Positions 63,600 through 64,000 of a DNA stretch of 64,000 nucleotides are shown here, in pieces; positions within the stretch are counted from its first letter, which is position 1; every line of letters begins with the position of its first letter. The stretch is taken from contig JAQFVV010000004.1 in the NCBI GenBank assembly GCA_028023455.1, positions 16,802,001 through 16,866,000 on the forward strand. Reading direction: 5' to 3'. The notes beneath the pieces are model-generated. The model was not told where the DNA came from. It did not search any database and was given only the letters and a program-made list of their open reading frames with translations. Both the position numbers and the translations under genes were made by a program. The stretch comes from Epiperipatus broadwayi (taxonomy: Eukaryota > Animalia > Onychophora).

Positions 63600-64000
63600 G
63601 AAAAGAAAGAAAAAATTGATGATGAATTCCACGTGTTTAATGAAGAATGGAATGTAAAATACTTCTTCATACAATCAAAATCAAAGAATAAAGACACATC
63701 TTTGATTTGTAAAGACAGTATTGCTGTCTTAAAAAAATATTATTATTTCTTCAAACAATCAAAATCAAAGAATAAAGACGTCTTTGATTTGTAAAGACAG
63801 TATTGTTGTCTTAAAAAAATATTATATACACTGTCACTATGAAACAAAATATGTTTCAACATTTTCGTAACTTAAAAGAATGCAGCATTCTTATAAATTT
63901 GAATCATTAAGTTACTGTCTGCATTCTCAGCAAGACATTTTTACTAAGATAAATTCAGAAAATGAAGCTTTAACTTTGGTAAAAGAGGGAAACCATTTAC
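63600..64000 (+). pseudogene. hAT-Charlie (GTF2IRD2/SPIN-like) transposase N-terminus, disrupted; runs off the window
   Basis: KKEKIDDEFHVFNEEWNVKYFF..LICKDSIAVLKKY..HYETKY..SQQDIFTK; 84-bp internal tandem duplication 63660-63826. Confidence 0.85.

Noticed and set aside
1-64000. CRISPR arrays, rRNA, telomeric repeats, prokaryotic operons; functional link between STN1 and neighbouring PLEs
   Set aside because: None seen; tandem repeats lack unique spacers. STN1-PLE proximity is expected by chance given PLE density

Overview
AT-rich eukaryotic (invertebrate-like, probably arthropod; inferred from composition and TE content) window that is mostly transposon debris around one recognisable host gene: a short, OB-fold-only STN1 (CST complex) on the minus strand at 44899-45423. 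Mobile content: a nearly intact RTE LINE with one nonsense mutation (982-4289), a decayed copy of it, two further RTE/BovB-like lineages, L1/Tx1-like and other non-LTR remnants, two or three Penelope-like elements (PLEs), a SPIN/URR1-like hAT MITE, a Tigger/pogo-like MITE, a Charlie-type hAT transposase, a Gypsy fragment, two tRNA-Gly-derived repeats and a 2.77-kb tandem duplication. The most interesting signal, read by eye and not folded computationally, is about a dozen minimal type I hammerhead-ribozyme (HHR) motifs in at least four families: (1) a ~190-bp HHR-bearing non-autonomous retroposon with 12-15-bp target-site duplications; (2) PLE 3'-end HHRs whose core C3-G8 pair is replaced by A3-U8 or U3-A8, with covarying stem II; (3) a tandem pair of HHR repeats 409 nt apart that twice sits 3' of non-LTR-type coding remnants; (4) a CUGAWGA-A-GACUG family. 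Three fold-back palindromes have breakpoints in or beside these ribozymes. No ribozyme activity or database identity has been tested.
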